From contig OZ024745.1 of NCBI GenBank assembly GCA_964016885.1, positions 84,072,001-84,136,000 of the forward strand: a DNA stretch of 64,000 nt. The letters run 5' to 3'. The notes below the pieces were generated by a model. The model searched no databases, had not been told where the DNA came from, and saw only the letters and a list, made by a program, of their open reading frames with translations. Shown one piece after another: positions 30,141 through 45,213 of the stretch. The DNA is from Eledone cirrhosa (taxonomy: Eukaryota). The position numbers were made by a program, and so were the translations under genes. Position 1 is the stretch's first letter. The number at the start of each line of letters is the position of its first letter.

Positions 30141-30290
30141 CATACATATATATATATATAGTAATATTTATATTTATATATGTTTGATATAACTATAAAT
30201 ATGTAGGGTAGTACTAAGTACTAGCCGGTTACCGGTATGACAAAAGGCTCAATGCAAATGTTCAAGTGTTTTACAGAGCCGAGATACAAA

Positions 30291-30375
<85 letters not shown>

Positions 30376-30404
30376 CATATATTTATATATATATACGTAT
30401 ATAT

Positions 30405-31028
30405 ATGTCGGGTCACTCTTGAGTGCTACTAGTAACATGTAACCCAGTACAACCTGTCGCATGGTCGAGTCGTCGGCGACTAAACCGGCAGCCCCACCAA
30501 GTTTACTTGGTGAAGAAGGTGATTGTGTATACCTTGCAGGACAAAAAACAAAACCTGACAAAGGGCGGAAGAACTCATAAGAGTCAACGGCCATCCAAAA
30601 GTGTGTAAATATGTATATACACATGTACATATGTATGTATATGTGTATATGCATGGGTGCATGTGTATGTATATCCGCGGGAACATAGCAATAGTCGGGC
30701 TGGACACCCGATCGCGCGGTTAAACCACTGAGCATGAAGGACCCTAGCCTTTCTCAGGGCATTCTTCTAGGAGAAGGCAACTCAGGAAACTGGGATAACT
30801 CCGATATAAAACCTGCGGCTCAGTAGTTACCGATGATGTTGAGCTTTTCATCTTTTCGGGTTATAGCTACTTTCGCTCAGAGAGTGGGATTGGCTCAGTG
30901 CACAGTATTTCGTCGCTTTAAAAACGATCTTCACGGACAGGCATTGCACGATAGAATTAATTAATAAATATTAATAATTTTATATCGCACAATGACCATA
31001 CTCGATAACGAGGGGACAGCCATCATAT
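30405..31028 (+). mobile_element. Non-coding SINE-like/RTE-UTR-like element, contiguous copy
   Basis: 30676-31028 matches 15984-16280 joined to 21061-21105; the 5' boundary is a guess. Confidence 0.7.
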
Positions 31029-31040
31029 ATATATATATAA

Positions 31041-31105
<65 letters not shown>

Positions 31106-31599
31106 TGTGTGTGTGTAGGAATCGAACCGATGACATTAGAATTAGCAGTGTTCTAACTCGTTCTTGTTCCACTTTGATTCCTTTTTGAGATAATCACATT
31201 TTCCGCCGATTACATATACGGCATGAATACATTTAACAGAAATTTTAGATATTGTATTCTTTCCAACCGATGAACACTATGAATGTAAAAAACATAGAAC
31301 GGGTTAACATATGTATATTTATTTTAATGTACACTAGCGTTAACACGCTATCTTATGGACCGTGCTTTTTTAAGCATGTGAATTAATTTTGAGGAATTAA
31401 TTCTAGATTTCTTGAAACTATCGTCCTGTCTCTTAGGATTTACTAAAAATTGCCGCTATCTTCGTACGGTTTTCTCTAAAACTCACATTAAGTTTTATAT
31501 CAAGTGATTGCTTAGTCTATAGCTTTATATTTGTTGTTGCTATTTAGTCAGTGAGGGAAGGGACAGTGCTCATAATCCTTTTTAGAACATTCGAATTTT

Positions 31600-32725
31600 T
31601 CAATGGCCCAGTCCTTCCCGGCTGTTCTTTGCTTGTTTGATGATATATATATGTATATGTGTGTGAGAGTGGGGGAGGGGAGAGATGGGGTGACTGGCTG
31701 GCAAGGAGACATACAGACAAACAGAGAGAAAGGGGGAATAATATATCAATAAATTATAATTGTTAGATGAAGCAATAACATTCTGTATCACCTGGCTTGT
31801 ATATATGATAGAATATTGTTTATAATTTGAAGATTCAAACTATATATATATATTCAGACATACACAAACCGCTCTCGTAAACTGTTACAAAAATTGGATC
31901 TTGATATATTTTGTAAAATATCTGTTTATTAGCATTCTCAGTAGAATTTCTACGGTTGCTTTGTTGGAAGTTTATTGAGGTCTATGACATACATAATCTA
32001 TTGTGAAGATATATTTGTTCTTAAATGGATTATAGTTGATATGGTGTAAAGCCAACATAGATATTATTAAAGGTTAAATCTTGAAAGAAAACATTCAAAA
32101 ATTATATTCTTTCTGATACGTTAAGGACTGCTGTTTATTATTATTATTCTTTAAGTGGATTGGCGGTGGATTGGCAGTATCGGTAGAGGGTCGGACACCA
32201 TGCTTTCCAGCATAGTTACGTCCCTTTACGATCTGAGTTCAAATCCCGCCGAGGTTGACTTTGCCTTTCATCCTTACGGGGTCGATAAAATAAAGTACCA
32301 GTAATGAACTGGGTAATTGCTGGCCTTGTGCCGAAAGTAGAAACAATTATTCTTTAAGTGGATTGGCAGTATCGGTAGAGGGTCGGATGCCATGCTTGCA
32401 GCACAGTTACGTCCCTTTACGGACTGAGTTCAAATCTCGCCGAGGTTAACTTTGCCTTTCATCCTTACGGGGTTGATAAAATAAAGTACCAGTAATACAC
32501 TGGGATAATTGCTGGCCTTGTGCCAAAAAATAGAAACAATTATTATTCTTTAAGTCAAGGAATGTATGTTCTCTAGAATAGTCTACGTACACTTCCTTAT
32601 GAGAAAATACCGGTTCACTTTTTCGCATTTCATTGTGACAGAATTATGAACAGACTTGTCAACCTCTAAAAACCCAAACGAGGAGTACCATGGAAAAAGT
32701 GTCCAAAAGCGGGGAGATTTTACAT
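31600..32725 (+). repeat. Local duplication, copy 2
   Basis: Paralogue of 11182-12430; ends inside a truncated copy of the MITE (from 32651). Confidence 0.92.
32157..32545 (+). mobile_element. Head-to-tail SINE dimer
   Basis: Two ~190-bp units GGATTGGCAGTATCGGTAGAG...AGAAACA; ATTATTCTTTAAGT occurs before, between and after them; absent from duplication copy 1. Confidence 0.85.
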
Positions 32726-33049
32726 AATGAAAGCTGGTGTAGAGGGAAAAAAGGCATCCTCAAACCAGTGATCTGGTTAAAATGCTTTCTAAAATAACCC
32801 AAGGGCCATAATGAGGTGTTGAATAGAACGACAGATTTACACTATATTCACGACATTCCTGGGTTTGAGCTCAGAAGGCGAAATACCGAACTAAATACCA
32901 CAATGAATCTCATTTGACGTTCTAACGATTTTCCAAATCGAGTGTCCTGGATTTGTATTTCATTTTATCGATACCGAGAGGATGAAATGTAAAGTTAATT
33001 TCGAAGAGGTTTAATCTCAGAGAATTGTCTGTTGAGTATTTTAGGGAGA

Positions 33050-33350
33050 TTTGACAGCTATTTCCAACAAATTGAGGCGCTTGTATAGAGGCTTTACCGT
33101 AATTTCTTAAAGTAAGTCATATCCGATGAGTAGACTTACCCTCGAAGGCGTTTCATTGGTGACTAGCCGGCATTTTAATTGTTTTTCCAATGATAGTATC
33201 ACAAGGGTTGAATTATCCTCAAGCCGTTTCGACGGGTTGAGCTCTGCCGTCGGGGTCATACTTTTTCCTATTACCCACTCTACTACCCTAAGTATTGAGT
33301 ACTCTGGTACATTATGGTCTATCTGGTGCCGTACCACAACTCCTTCGTTA
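33050..33350 (+). mobile_element. Probable PLE-type 3' end (family D) ending in (TA)n
   Basis: 33237-33350 is homologous to 35548-35660; both end CTCCTTCGT(TA)n. Confidence 0.6.
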
Positions 33351-33371
33351 TATATATATATTTATATATAT

Positions 33372-34715
<1,344 letters not shown>

Positions 34716-34719
<4 letters not shown>

Positions 34720-35399
34720 ATAAATTATCGAGAAGCGCATTTCGGACCACGAAATAAAGAAAAACAACCGAGATGTGAGGCAAGTGTTCAATGATTCAGA
34801 TGAACCAGGGCTATAACAAACGTTAAAGGCCAAACACACTGAGATGGTTAAACAATCATTCGCATAGCCCAAAAAACGATCAAGTAATTCGGGTATTGAA
34901 AATTTACCCGGACCCCTGGAAGGTTGGTAAAATCCAGTATTTGGGTTTCTGCGGCTCCTAAAACAAGTACCGTCCGCTTACATAAAAAATGTCAGGCTTC
35001 TGGTAAGATGATTGAACAAGGAAGCCACTTTCTCAACAGGTTTTAGTTCAATGTTAATACAAGGACTGACTATTGCTGACTCCACGTGTGGATCGGCAAG
35101 GGAGGCAGGCCCTATATCATGCGAATAAATTCAGTTGTGTATATTTTTGCAAGAATGCAAAAACATCACAAATCGAATGGAGTTCTCAACAGAAGGGTTA
35201 AAATTAACATAAGCCATTCATCAGTCAATAGAATCAACTAAAAAATCAAGAAAATTAACTGGTCAGTAGCTAGAGTCTGGAGATAAATACAAACATAAAT
35301 TATCGAGATTCGCATTTCGGCCCACGAAATAACGAAAAACAAACTGAGATGTGAGGCAAGTGCTCAATGATTCAGATGAACCAGAGCTATAACAAACGT
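34716..35399. mobile_element. Non-coding element with ~110-bp direct terminal repeats in (TA)n
   Basis: 34716-34833 is repeated at 35291-35399 (575-bp period). Confidence 0.75.
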
Positions 35400-35413
35400 G
35401 ATATATATTTTCC

Positions 35414-35490
<77 letters not shown>

Positions 35491-35493
<3 letters not shown>

Positions 35494-35657
35494 AAAATGT
35501 TTGACGGCTATTTCTGGACTGAGTCCAGAAATAGCCGTCGAAACAGCTTGAGCTCTGCCGTCGGGGTCAAACATTTCCTATTACCCACTCTACTACCCTA
35601 AGTATTGAGTACTCCGGTGCGTTTTTATCCACCTGGTTCCTTACCACACCTCCTTCG

Positions 35658-35660
<3 letters not shown>
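35491..35660 (+). mobile_element. 170-bp family-D mini-insertion with inverted 5' end, in (TA)n
   Basis: Perfect hairpin GACGGCTATTTCTGGACT-G-AGTCCAGAAATAGCCGTC; AGGAAAATGTTTGAC also pairs with GTCAAACATTTCCT. Confidence 0.7.
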
Positions 35661-35707
<47 letters not shown>

Positions 35708-35708
35708 T

Positions 35709-35840
<132 letters not shown>

Positions 35841-35863
35841 ATATATATATATATATAATATAT

Positions 35864-35992
<129 letters not shown>

Positions 35993-36320
35993 TATACATA
36001 TATATATATATATATTGGAAAATGTGTGAGATCCTTGGTACAGGTAGATATATTTGAAAAAAAGGAAAAAATGACTTCACTTGTAGTGTTAAATAATTTG
36101 ATTTAATTTTATAATATTATGACTTGGTAGATCTAGTAAGTTCATTGTTAACTTCGGTAGGAAGAATTTTAAAGATTCCTGGTTAACTTTGTTGGAGAAC
36201 TTTCTCGCATCCGTCGGTGGCTATTGTCAATCTGAAATCAGGTTGTGTTGAGATGTGTGACTATATATAATAGAGATTTGGATGAGTCTGGGGTGTGATG
36301 TTAATGAGCGTTGATGAAGA

Positions 36321-37768
36321 TGAAGATTTGGAGGAATTAAAGCATACATACACACACACACATACACACACACATATATACATTCAGAAAATGGTGAGGT
36401 TGCAAATTAAGCGTGTTTGAGGTTGTTGTAAACATCCCCTCCTGCTGGTTTTATTTCATTAGCTTACCTTTACTGAGTATATAATGGCATAGCTGAATCA
36501 ACTCTCTTAAATTTATAAAGAATATCTTCTACAAATTTCTATATCGAAGATGAATTTAGGTGCGTGTATGGGTTTTAATGAGGTGCAAGATACATGTGTT
36601 TTGATAAGAATGGGATGACATTAAAAAGAGAAAAGAAGGATAGTTTTGGAACATTTGTCAAAGGTGTGTTGTTGATATTGGTTTGGGAGAGGAAGTAGAG
36701 GTGGGGGACATGCTAGCTGACATATTCACTTCTGTATATGTAAATATATTTACAGTCCATATATATTACATACACACACACATACTAACATCCCACACGA
36801 CTTAGCAGTTGAAGCTGTTGATTTCTGGATTACAAAACACCCAGACTACATTTCAGAGTGATTCCCCAAAAAAATTATTTTTGAAGGACGCAAACTAGTA
36901 CTGGAGAACAACCACTTCCTTTTTTATAACGAACTATATTTAGAAATAAAAGGAACGGTCATGGGTACCAAAGTGGCCCCAACATAAGCAACACTCGTTA
37001 TGCGCCACCTGAAGGCAAAATTACATTCCAAACTGCAGGAAACATTCAGTCATGACTTCGCCACGTACATTAATCACAACGGGAAACGCGACCTAGATGA
37101 CTGCTTCATCTTCTGAAATAGAAGCCAAGAAGACCTGCAAAGATTCCATTCCATCATAAACAATCTTCACGAAGAAATAAAATTCACCATGGAATGTAAT
37201 AAAAAGGTGTGTATATATATATAATATATATAAAATGTGTGTGTATATATATGTGTGTATGTATGTGTGTATATATATATATATGTATGTGTGTATGTGT
37301 TGATATGTGTGTGTGTGTATGTAATATATATGGACTGTAAATATATTTACATATAGGGAAGTGAATATGTCAGCGAGCATGTCCCCCCCACACACACTTC
37401 CTCTCCCAAACCAATATCAACAACACATCTTTGACAAAGTTGGAAAACTATCCTTCTTTTCTCTTTTTCCTGTCATCCCATTCTTATCAAAGACATGCAT
37501 CTTATACCTCATTAAAACCCATACACGCACCTAAATTCATCTTTGATATAGAAATTTGTAGAAGATATTCTTTATAAATTTAAGAGAGTTGATTCAGCTA
37601 TGCCATTATATACTCATCAAAGGTAGCTCATGAAATAAAACCAGCAGGAGGGGATGTTTACAACAACCTCAAACACCTTTATCTTGCAACCTAACCATTT
37701 TCTGAATGTATATATGTGTGTGTGTATGTGTGTGTGTGTATGTATGATTTAATTCCTCCAAATCTTCA
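36321..37768. repeat. ~465-bp diverged inverted repeats flanking a PLE RT fragment
   Basis: 36321-36790 is the reverse complement of 37300-37768. Confidence 0.88.
36784..37205 (+). pseudogene. PLE reverse transcriptase core fragment
   Basis: TNIPHDL...LVLENNHF...KGTVMGTKVAP...RDLDDCFIF...NNLHEEIKFTME, with stops. Confidence 0.85.
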
Positions 37769-40066
37769 GTATATCTCTAAATTGCATAACTTGCAGAAGC
37801 GATGATTTTGCTTATATGCAGGCGCAGCTGCATAATTTGCCAATCAAGGGAGAATGCTTGATTGTTCCTCCGGAGCTGCCAAGCTTTATCGGCGAGGGTT
37901 GTTACGGAGCGAATTTTCTCGTGCCTGATCGAAGATCGATGTTGGTATAGGCGAGCCTTGAAAGAAGTTGCGGTACATCCGACGTAATACCATTTGTTGG
38001 TTCCGGAATTTATTGTACATCGGTAGACAATATTGCGTGCTAGGCACTGGTTATTCAGTGGGCACGTACCTGGTTTGGTGCAGTTACAATTATTTTTATG
38101 TTTTGCAGTAGAATCCTGGATAGTTTGGTGGGGTTGTAGTTGCGTGTTAGTGCGTTGTATGTTGCTATGCTGGTGCGCTGAGTCATTAGCGATGTACTTA
38201 TTCAGTATTGCTGAGTTGAGTTTTTTAATTAGTTGTTCTATGTTAGGTGCAGTGGAGTATGAGAGTCTAATGGTGCGCGAGTTAAAGATTTTATAGTATC
38301 TATGTGAAGTTGTAAAGTGTTTATTGATTAGTGTATAGAATTGTGAGATAATCTTAGTGCTAATAGAAGAATTGTACACGGGGTTATACCATATGTACTC
38401 TCTACGTCTGACTCTATTTACTGGTTTGCACCTATTAGTATGCCTATTGATGTGTGTGTGTGGTGCAATACTAGTTCGACTTAGAACCACCCTCATTCCA
38501 TTATTAAATCTATCCCTAAAAGTATATCCATAAGGATCTCCCGACTGTCGTCTAATTTGCAGACTTTCAACGAGCATGCTAAATATTATAATGACGCACT
38601 TAGAAAAGCTGGTTACTGCGAGAAAATAGAATATCTAGACGATAACCACATAAGTACTATGAATAAAACACATCTAAGTCGAACTAGTATTGCACCACAC
38701 ACACACATCAATAAGCATACTAATAGGTGCAAACCAGCAAATAGAGTCAGACGTAGAGAGTACATATGGTATAACCCCGTGTACAATTCTTCTATTAGCA
38801 CTAAGATTATCTCACAATTCTATACACTAATCAATAAACACTTTACAACTTCACATAAATACTATAAAATCTTTAACTCGCGCACCATTAGACTCTCATA
38901 CTCCACTGCACCTAACATAGAACAACTAATTAAAAAACTCAACTCAGCAATACAGAATAAGTACATCGCTAATGACTCAGCGCACCAGCATAGCAACATA
39001 CAACGCACTAACACGCAACTACAACCCCACCAAACTATCTAGGATTCTACTGCAAAACATAAAAATAATTGTAACTGCACCAAACCAGGTACGTGCCCAC
39101 TGAATAACCAGTGCCTAGCACGCAATATTGTCTACCGATGTACAATAAATTCCGGAACCAACAAATGGTATTACGTCGGATGTACCGCAACTTCTTTCAA
39201 GGCTCGCCTATACCAACATCGATCTTCGATCAGGCACAAGAAAATGCGCTCCGTAACAACCCTCGCCGATAAAGCCTGGCAGCTCCGGAGGAACAATCAA
39301 GCATTCTCCCTTGATTGGCAAATTATTGCAGCTGCGCCTGCATATAAGCAAAATCATCGCTTCTGCAAGTTATGCAATTTAGAGATATACTGCATTTTAA
39401 CGTCGGTAAACAAACTTTTGAACAGCAAAATTGAACGTTCTCTATACTGTAACCATCGTTTGAAAACGACTTTTTCTTTTTTTAAATGCATATAATGTTA
39501 CCTTTTTACACCACCGTTTGCAAATTTCTGTTTTATATGTTTATACACAAGATATGGCTTTCTATAATAATAGTACTAAACACTGTTTTCTGGACCCCTT
39601 TAGAGATAACCTGCTACTATAATAGCCCCAATAACTTGTCTGTGACACTGTACCACTTTGACCCCTTTAACTAAATTTTGTCCGAACAACACCACTAGAA
39701 GAATTTACTATCCCCGCCAACCCTAATACGCCTCATTAAGCTAACTGCTGCCAAAACATTCTCTCCTTACAATCTCTACTAGTCTGACAGTCTTAAATCC
39801 TAAGACTCCCTCCACCTTACTCACTTCCCTCTTCCCCTTCTCTTCCTACCTCCTTCTTTATCTTTTATCTAGTGTATAAAATATTTTCATATCATTCCAA
39901 TACAAGGGTCTGACGACATGGTGTGTCTGCTTACAGTGTACCTTCGGTTTATGATAATATTTTTATATTATTCAAATAGCGAGGTATAGGTAACCCATAC
40001 ACTATAGAATCAATTGTTACCTAATAAATTCTGTATACCCGCATTTCCATTTCATAAACTTCTTCT

Positions 40067-40075
<9 letters not shown>
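37767..40075 (+). mobile_element. 5'-truncated PLE (CxCx5C linker; Hydra-clade-like) with 720-bp inverted 5' copy
   Basis: + frame NHPHSIIKSIP...WYNPVYN...RLSYS...CNCTKPGTCPL...IVYRC...YVGCT..FKAR...CKLC...LLN...CNHR; 37767-38485 is the reverse complement of 38673-39392. Confidence 0.9.
39906..40022 (+). ncRNA. Hammerhead motif with ~90-nt stem II (A15.1U in this copy)
   Basis: GGT-CTGACGA-c ATGGTGTGT...ATACACTAT a-GAAT-CAATTG-TT-ACC, followed by AATAAA. Confidence 0.7.
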
Positions 40076-40103
<28 letters not shown>

Positions 40104-40243
40104 TTGCATATATATATATATGCATATATATATTTGCATATATATACATATATATATATATATGCATTTATATATACATATATATATATAAATATATATA
40201 TACATATATATATACATATATATATATATAAATATATATATAC

Positions 40244-40328
<85 letters not shown>

Positions 40329-41661
40329 TATATATATACATATATATAATGTGTGTGTACATGTCTGTTTGATTTGATAACTTTATATCTATATATCTTT
40401 TTTAACCTCACTCTGAAAAAGAAGCACTGTGCTTGAACAGATCAATCTTCTAGGAGACAGTTAAGTGACAAGAGTGACATGATGTCTGGATATGAGTGTG
40501 GAATTTCAAATTGTAGTTTCACGTGAAAATACGTGCACAGATATATAGAATTATACATCCTATATCACTTATTTTATAGCATTATGTGTGTGTGACTGGC
40601 TCCAAATTTGATACTGATATCGGGCACCCTCGTAAAATGTTACACGAAAATACATATTAGTGTATTTTGAGAAATATTTATACATGTATATTTTTTTTAT
40701 GCATGCACGAATGCTTGTAACTGTATTAAATCTCATAATTGCACCGAAAGACGAAGTGGTAGTATTAAACTGAATGACGCATTTGACCTACACCACAACA
40801 AAACGAAAAGTGAAAAACATATCTGTACATTTTGCTCAAACATTTATTCCCTTCATTAAATATTTGTGATTATCATTTCACATCACAATTTTTAGTCGCC
40901 CTCGATGTATATCATGTTAGATTGTATTCGGTCGATCAACCTTACTCGGTCGTTCAACCTACTAGAAATAGCAACCAAATCTCCCACAAAGCAAATATTA
41001 CCACGTTATTAACGAGGAAGGGCACGGCAGTTAATGTAAATTCCAGATATTCTATTCCTAGAAAACTTGTGAGCTCTTATTCTCATCAATATGGTAATTC
41101 TTTTCTAACATAGACACAAAATTTCACATTTTCATTAAATCGACTCCCGCAATTGATTGGTTTTCAGCTTTGATGGTCAGCTTCAGTTCAGCTCTAATCC
41201 AGCATATCTATAATTAAAAGCATTCCATAGGGGGCATTCTTCTCATTTTCTCTTTTAAGGCATAGCTTATCTAAATACAGTCACATTATCCAAGGTGTTG
41301 TATTTATATATATGTATATAGTATTCCAAAAAGCTCGATGGGAGCTGATCTGAGAAACACAGCAACATTTCACGACCAGATAGATATCGATATGATGGCA
41401 CATCCACTAGACATTTTATATTTTGTTCTCCATCTCTCTCTCGCGCACATTCGTGAGTGTGTGTGTGTGTGCAATCGATTTTCCTAAATGTAAGTGATTA
41501 TTTTCTTTCCGAACTCCACTGTTTCTCTATGCCTTCTGTTCACAGCCTTTTCAAAAACGAATTATCAGTTGCCATCCCAGGGTCAACGAAAGCAGCTCAT
41601 GTGCCACTAATGTTTGATCAGGCTGGTTGCTTTCGTCCAACGACGACGACAATAAATACCT

Positions 41662-41712
<51 letters not shown>

Positions 41713-41720
<8 letters not shown>

Positions 41721-41998
41721 ATACTTGGGGAGGGTCTTATTTGTGTAATAATATTGCCAGAATTAATAACAGAACACACTTACTGTTTGGTTGGTTTTCG
41801 CTTCTGTGTCTTTTATATCGGTTAATTTAATTTACTCGGTCCTCAATGTTGCCATTGACTGACCAACGGTCAAAAATACAGATACAATATAGACACAAAC
41901 ACATATATATAGTCTATCAAAGTTCTTTCGTTGCACATCTGCAACATCGTCAGTGATGCTATTATATTTCCTCCCGTTGCATTGTATGCTTACGCCAT

Positions 41999-42005
<7 letters not shown>
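41713..42005 (-). mobile_element. Solo PLE pLTR (family C)
   Basis: Terminus TATTGTTATACTTGGGGAGGGTC is shared with 25976 and 50817; hammerhead at 41915-41958. Confidence 0.85.
41915..41958 (-). ncRNA. Minimal hammerhead motif
   Basis: ATCA-CTGACGA-tGTTGCA gatg TGCAAC-GAAA-GAAC-TT-TGAT. Confidence 0.8.
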
Positions 42006-42038
<33 letters not shown>

Positions 42039-42052
42039 TTAATACATGCGTA

Positions 42053-42167
<115 letters not shown>

Positions 42168-42463
42168 GCACGTGTGTAGATGCATGTATTAAGAATATGT
42201 GCACTAATAAATGAGAACCAGTAATCGTGACGGTCCAGGTGAGGAATTATTTTCTCTTATGGTATTCATCGTTATTGGTATTATATACTATGGCTACATA
42301 CTTCTGGTCTATATATTATTCATTGGTTCCCTCACATAGCGTAATGTGTTCTCTCTGATGGACAAAAGAATCAATTTATCACATCCTTGAGTGCTTAAGG
42401 GCAACCTTAAATAATTCAACTCGTATTTGCTCTATAGCAGCTTCAGGTTCGATGTGATATTTG

Positions 42464-42501
<38 letters not shown>

Positions 42502-42504
42502 TAT

Positions 42505-42800
<296 letters not shown>

Positions 42801-42802
42801 TA

Positions 42803-42961
42803 CAGGGCCGTCTTAACACCATTATAGGCCCCCAGGCAAAGCAGAGAACTGGGGCCCCTACCTACACAACCAATCACAAGAATAAAAATACAAATGGGCC
42901 CCCTATCCTCGTGGTACCCCCGGGCAACTGCTCAGCATGCCCATCCGTTAAGACGGCCCTG
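42803..42961. mobile_element. hAT-like MITE
   Basis: Perfect 15-bp TIR CAGGGCCGTCTTAAC; 8-bp TSD CATATATA/CAAATATA (7 of 8 match). Confidence 0.88.
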
Positions 42962-43015
<54 letters not shown>

Positions 43016-43252
43016 CATCTATGTGTGTTCTTCTGGTTTTATAATTTCACAAATTTTTTCCCAAGAGAGAGAGAGTCGGTTTCTAGCATAGACACAAGAC
43101 TCTCTCATTGGAATTTACACAACATCAACTAGGTAGATATGTATGCATGCATGGGTAGATATGGATGTTATTGTATGTGTGGATGTGTATGTTTTGAGTT
43201 GTATGTGTGCATGTGTATATGTTTTGTATATGTACATATGTATATGCAGTTA

Positions 43253-43550
43253 TTAGATGCAACATTTTTGGAATGTTTTACATATTTTTACTGTTCCATT
43301 AATGGATTGTACTTGTAATTTCCTAACTAGTTGTGTTCTTTCTGTTCCTGTGAAGCCTAGCTTCTCAAGATTTGTATTGAGGCAGTTACTAACACACCCC
43401 AGTGCCCCAATAACCACAGGCATAAATCTGAAGGTATAATCAGGGTGGAGTATCTGCATATTTCTCATCAGTTCTGCATAAATATTCTCCTTTTCGCTAA
43501 TCTTTGATACTATATTGGCATCTGCTGGGCAGCTAATTTCCACTACTGGA
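43253..43550 (-). pseudogene. R4/Dong-like LINE 3' fragment (RLE C-terminus)
   Basis: VVEISCPAD...EKENIY...PVVIGALG; flanked by (TACA)-type repeats. Confidence 0.8.
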
Positions 43551-43887
43551 TGTGTATGTATGTGTGTGTATGTGTGTATATATACATATATATATGCATA
43601 TGTCTCTGTTTTCACGTACGCGTAGTTGGTTCTACGGATGTAAATTTGTTCTCAAGTTATCAAATACTTGCTCTGTGAGACATGAGAAAACTGGCAACGT
43701 TGAATAGACTTCCTAAGATGGAAGTAGTTTTCATAAACATATCACACACACTATTCAAATAAACCACTGTCAGCATTTACAGCAGGACACATGAATATAA
43801 TATAAATAATGTTTTGTTTGCGAACAATATAGTAATCATAAGATTTAACAATACATGAATATATAAATACACACACTCACACACGTA

Positions 43888-43922
<35 letters not shown>

Positions 43923-44373
43923 GCATGTATTTTAGCAGTAGCATTAACAAAACGTCTGTTCATAATAGGAGTGCATATAGAGGCATATACGACATGTCTA
44001 TGTATAAAAGACATACACAAATTTTATGAATATTTTAAGCTGTGATCATGTTACATCTATCTCTGTAGCCATATGAGAATGTCAGGCGCGTTTCAAGATT
44101 TTTAATTATATCCGTTATCGGTGACGTTTACTTATTCGGTACAGAGACAAAAATAAACTCATAGCATATATGCTATTTGTTCATACAGTCTTGTTAGATG
44201 CTAATGCGAGACATTTTAACGAAGCAGTAGAAGTCAGGACCTCTAACTCGGTAAGCTTCCGTCCATGATAACAACTTACTGATCCCTCTCCCACTGATCT
44301 ATCATTCTTACCAAACCAGGGATAGGCACCGGCCTAATGAGACTTCTGACTTGGGAGAGACTTCAACTTTAAT

Positions 44374-44615
44374 AGACAATAGAATAGAAGCTTTGGATTA
44401 TCCGAGAGTCGAAATAAACCGTTTTATTCAAACATTGATATAAGTTTAAATGCTCCCGTAGTTGTCTGGTAAAATGTAACTATGTTTGTGACTTTAGATA
44501 ATAGGATAGAAGCTTTGGATTATCCGAGAGTCGAAATAAACCGTTTTATTCAAACATTGATATGAGTTTAAATACTCCCGTAGTTGTCTGGTAAAATTGG
44601 ACTATGTTTGTGGCT
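44374..44615. repeat. ~122-bp tandem duplication
   Basis: ATAGAAGCTTTGGATTATCCGAGAGTCGAAATAAACCG... occurs twice. Confidence 0.9.
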
Positions 44616-44719
44616 TTTTCAGTTTGTCAACCGGGAAATTAGAGATGTAATCACAAAATTCATCAAGGGCTGCACTCCTGCCTTTTGGTGGTTGATAATC
44701 CTCCAATCATGCGAAACCG

Positions 44720-44990
44720 AAAATGATCAATCTCTCACAAGCATCCCTAACAACCATACAACCATACAGACATTCTGGGTGAGGGATTAAAATTTACTCC
44801 TACTCCTCAAAAACCAAATATACCAGAAATTAAAGATGACATTTCGGACTTCTGCAGAAGACTCAGACTAGCGGCACAATTTTTCAAAAAAAGAAGACAG
44901 CGATGAATTATTAATTAGAAACAAAAACAGGAATATCAACCACCAATAGGCAGGAATGTAGCGCTTGATAAATTTTCCCTAGAAAAACCA
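44720..44990 (+). pseudogene. PLE ORF N-terminal fragment
   Basis: ILGEGLKFTPTP...DISDFCRRLRL matches the conserved PLE N-terminal motif. Confidence 0.75.
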
Positions 44991-45179
44991 CGAACCCTCC
45001 ATCTCAATTCTACTTTTGAAAAGCACAAGAACTGCGAACCCGGTAAAGGAACCAAATAATTTTTTTTTTTTTTAAAGACTCCAGTTGCATTTTAGATTTC
45101 ATCTTTTTTCCTTATACTTTCACTCGTGTAGGAGATCTCGTTTTTTTTCATTTTGTAAAAAAAACGTCACTTTCTAATA

Positions 45180-45213
<34 letters not shown>

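Noticed and set aside
30181-30295. Short insert in (TA)n with GGCTC/GAGCC stem followed by GAGA
   Set aside because: Too degenerate and truncated to call a ribozyme
37777-38577. 266-aa ORF as an independent gene
   Set aside because: Chimeric reading across the inversion junction of the PLE fold-back
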